Assembly (NCBI GenBank): GCA_026625185.1 | Contig: CP113000.1 | Span: forward strand, 2,175,622-2,207,621 | Origin: Thermodesulfobacteriota bacterium | GTDB taxonomy: Bacteria; Desulfobacterota; WTBG01; JAGOGO01 | Length of the DNA stretch: 32,000 bases | Direction: 5' to 3' | Shown: positions 31,164 to 32,000 of the stretch, piece by piece | Layout of the letters: the number at the start of each line of letters is the position of its first letter | Position numbering within the stretch: position 1 is the stretch's first letter | Program-made: the position numbers and the translations under genes | Notes under the pieces: generated by a model | The model's input: only the letters and a program-made list of their open reading frames with translations | Told to the model about the DNA's origin: nothing | The model's database searches: none

Positions 31164-31988
31164 ATGATTATTAGTGCAAGTCGAAGGACCGATATTCCTG
31201 CTTTCTATACCCCTTGGTTCATGGAGCGAATACGCGCAGGAAATGCTCTGGTGAAAAATCCCTTTAATCCTTCCCGGGCAAAAACAGTCAGTTTGCAGCC
31301 GGAGGCAATCGATGCCCTTGTATTTTGGACCAGAAATGCCGAACCGCTGATGAAGCATTTAGAAGCGCTGGATGACCGGGGGTACAACTATATTTTTCTT
31401 TATACGATAACCGGCTACGGACCTCCTCTCGAAAAAAAATCTCCTCCTTTAATAAAAGCCTTAGAAACTTTTAGAAAGCTGAGTCAAAAAATTGGACCGG
31501 AAAAAATTATCTGGCGTTTCGATCCTATTATTTATATGCCAGGCAAGGGAGAGGAGTGGATTTCCTCTTGTTTCAATAACATTGCGTGCGCTCTCAGAAA
31601 TGAAACTCAGCGAGTGATAGTAAGTTTTCTTGATTTTTATCCCAAAGTGGTAAAAAGGCTCAAGGCCGTGGAAAAGGAAAGCGGACTCGAGGTCATGGAT
31701 CTTACTAATCAGGACACTGTTATCGGGAAAATTGCCGCTAAGCTGGCTGAGTTAGCCAAAACAAATAGTATGGAGATAGTCAGTTGTGCGGAGAAGAAAG
31801 AACTTGCCGGTTTTGGCATTCAGTCGGGAAGTTGTATTGATGGGAAAATGCTCAACCGTCTCTTTGGAACAAATATCGCTATCGAAAAAGATAAAAGCCA
31901 AAGACCTCAATGTCGATGCACCACCAGTCAGGATATCGGTGAGTACCGCACATGTCGTCATGAGTGCCTGTATTGTTACACGCTATGA
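31164..31988 (+). CDS. DUF1848-family protein (Cys-rich C-terminus)
   Basis: 274 aa. The N-terminus MIISASRRTDIPAFYTPWFMERIRAGNALVKNPFNP and the C-terminal CRCTTSQDIGEYRTCRHECLYCY match my memory of DUF1848 proteins. Function unknown. Confidence 0.7.
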   Translation: MIISASRRTDIPAFYTPWFMERIRAGNALVKNPFNPSRAKTVSLQPEAIDALVFWTRNAEPLMKHLEALDDRGYNYIFLYTITGYGPPLEKKSPPLIKALETFRKLSQKIGPEKIIWRFDPIIYMPGKGEEWISSCFNNIACALRNETQRVIVSFLDFYPKVVKRLKAVEKESGLEVMDLTNQDTVIGKIAAKLAELAKTNSMEIVSCAEKKELAGFGIQSGSCIDGKMLNRLFGTNIAIEKDKSQRPQCRCTTSQDIGEYRTCRHECLYCYTL

Positions 31989-32000
31989 TGATGAAGTGAT

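Overview
A 32-kb window from a moderately AT-rich bacterial chromosome. The gene content suggests a sigma-54-rich anaerobe, but lineage cannot be fixed from sequence alone.

**Core region (1-19.1 kb)**
- Most genes lie on the minus strand.
- There are two paralogous PAS histidine kinase / sigma-54 activator pairs plus an orphan receiver domain.
- The pairs are separated by a scar that holds a gene remnant cut by an IS30-family element.
- One long, tightly packed operon (16362 down to 5855) encodes a REC + 2x Lrp/AsnC-type RAM-domain protein, NuoE-like and NuoF-like subunits, and a 1265-aa [2Fe-2S]-GltD-NuoG-like fusion. It ends with one of the kinase/activator pairs.
- A near-consensus -24/-12 sigma-54 promoter precedes this operon.
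- A histidine phosphatase gene and an MFS transporter gene follow on the plus strand.

**Accessory region (19.3-27.9 kb)**
- tRNA-Ser(CGA) lies at 27853-27942 on the minus strand.
- Its 3' end is repeated exactly (27 bp) at 19643-19669, which brackets about 8.2 kb.
- The bracketed DNA contains two paralogous integrase 3' remnants, an XRE regulator and a 196-aa catalytic-core-only tyrosine recombinase.
- The main finding is a co-oriented run of six compact, SD-led ORFs of unrelated function and uneven GC.
- These ORFs are separated by a family of imperfect palindromic repeats of about 45-140 bp. Each repeat begins TCTTAAC and ends GTTAGGC-like, which is the orientation and position expected of integron attC sites.
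- No IntI-type integrase is present. I read this as a CALIN-like or integron-like cassette array inside a tRNA-bounded island, possibly served by a non-IntI recombinase. This is unverified without an attC covariance-model search.

**Right flank (28-32 kb)**
- It encodes tadA, an orphan GspE/PilB-type ATPase and a DUF1848-like protein.
- The intergenic DNA carries several families of small palindromic or MITE-like repeats.
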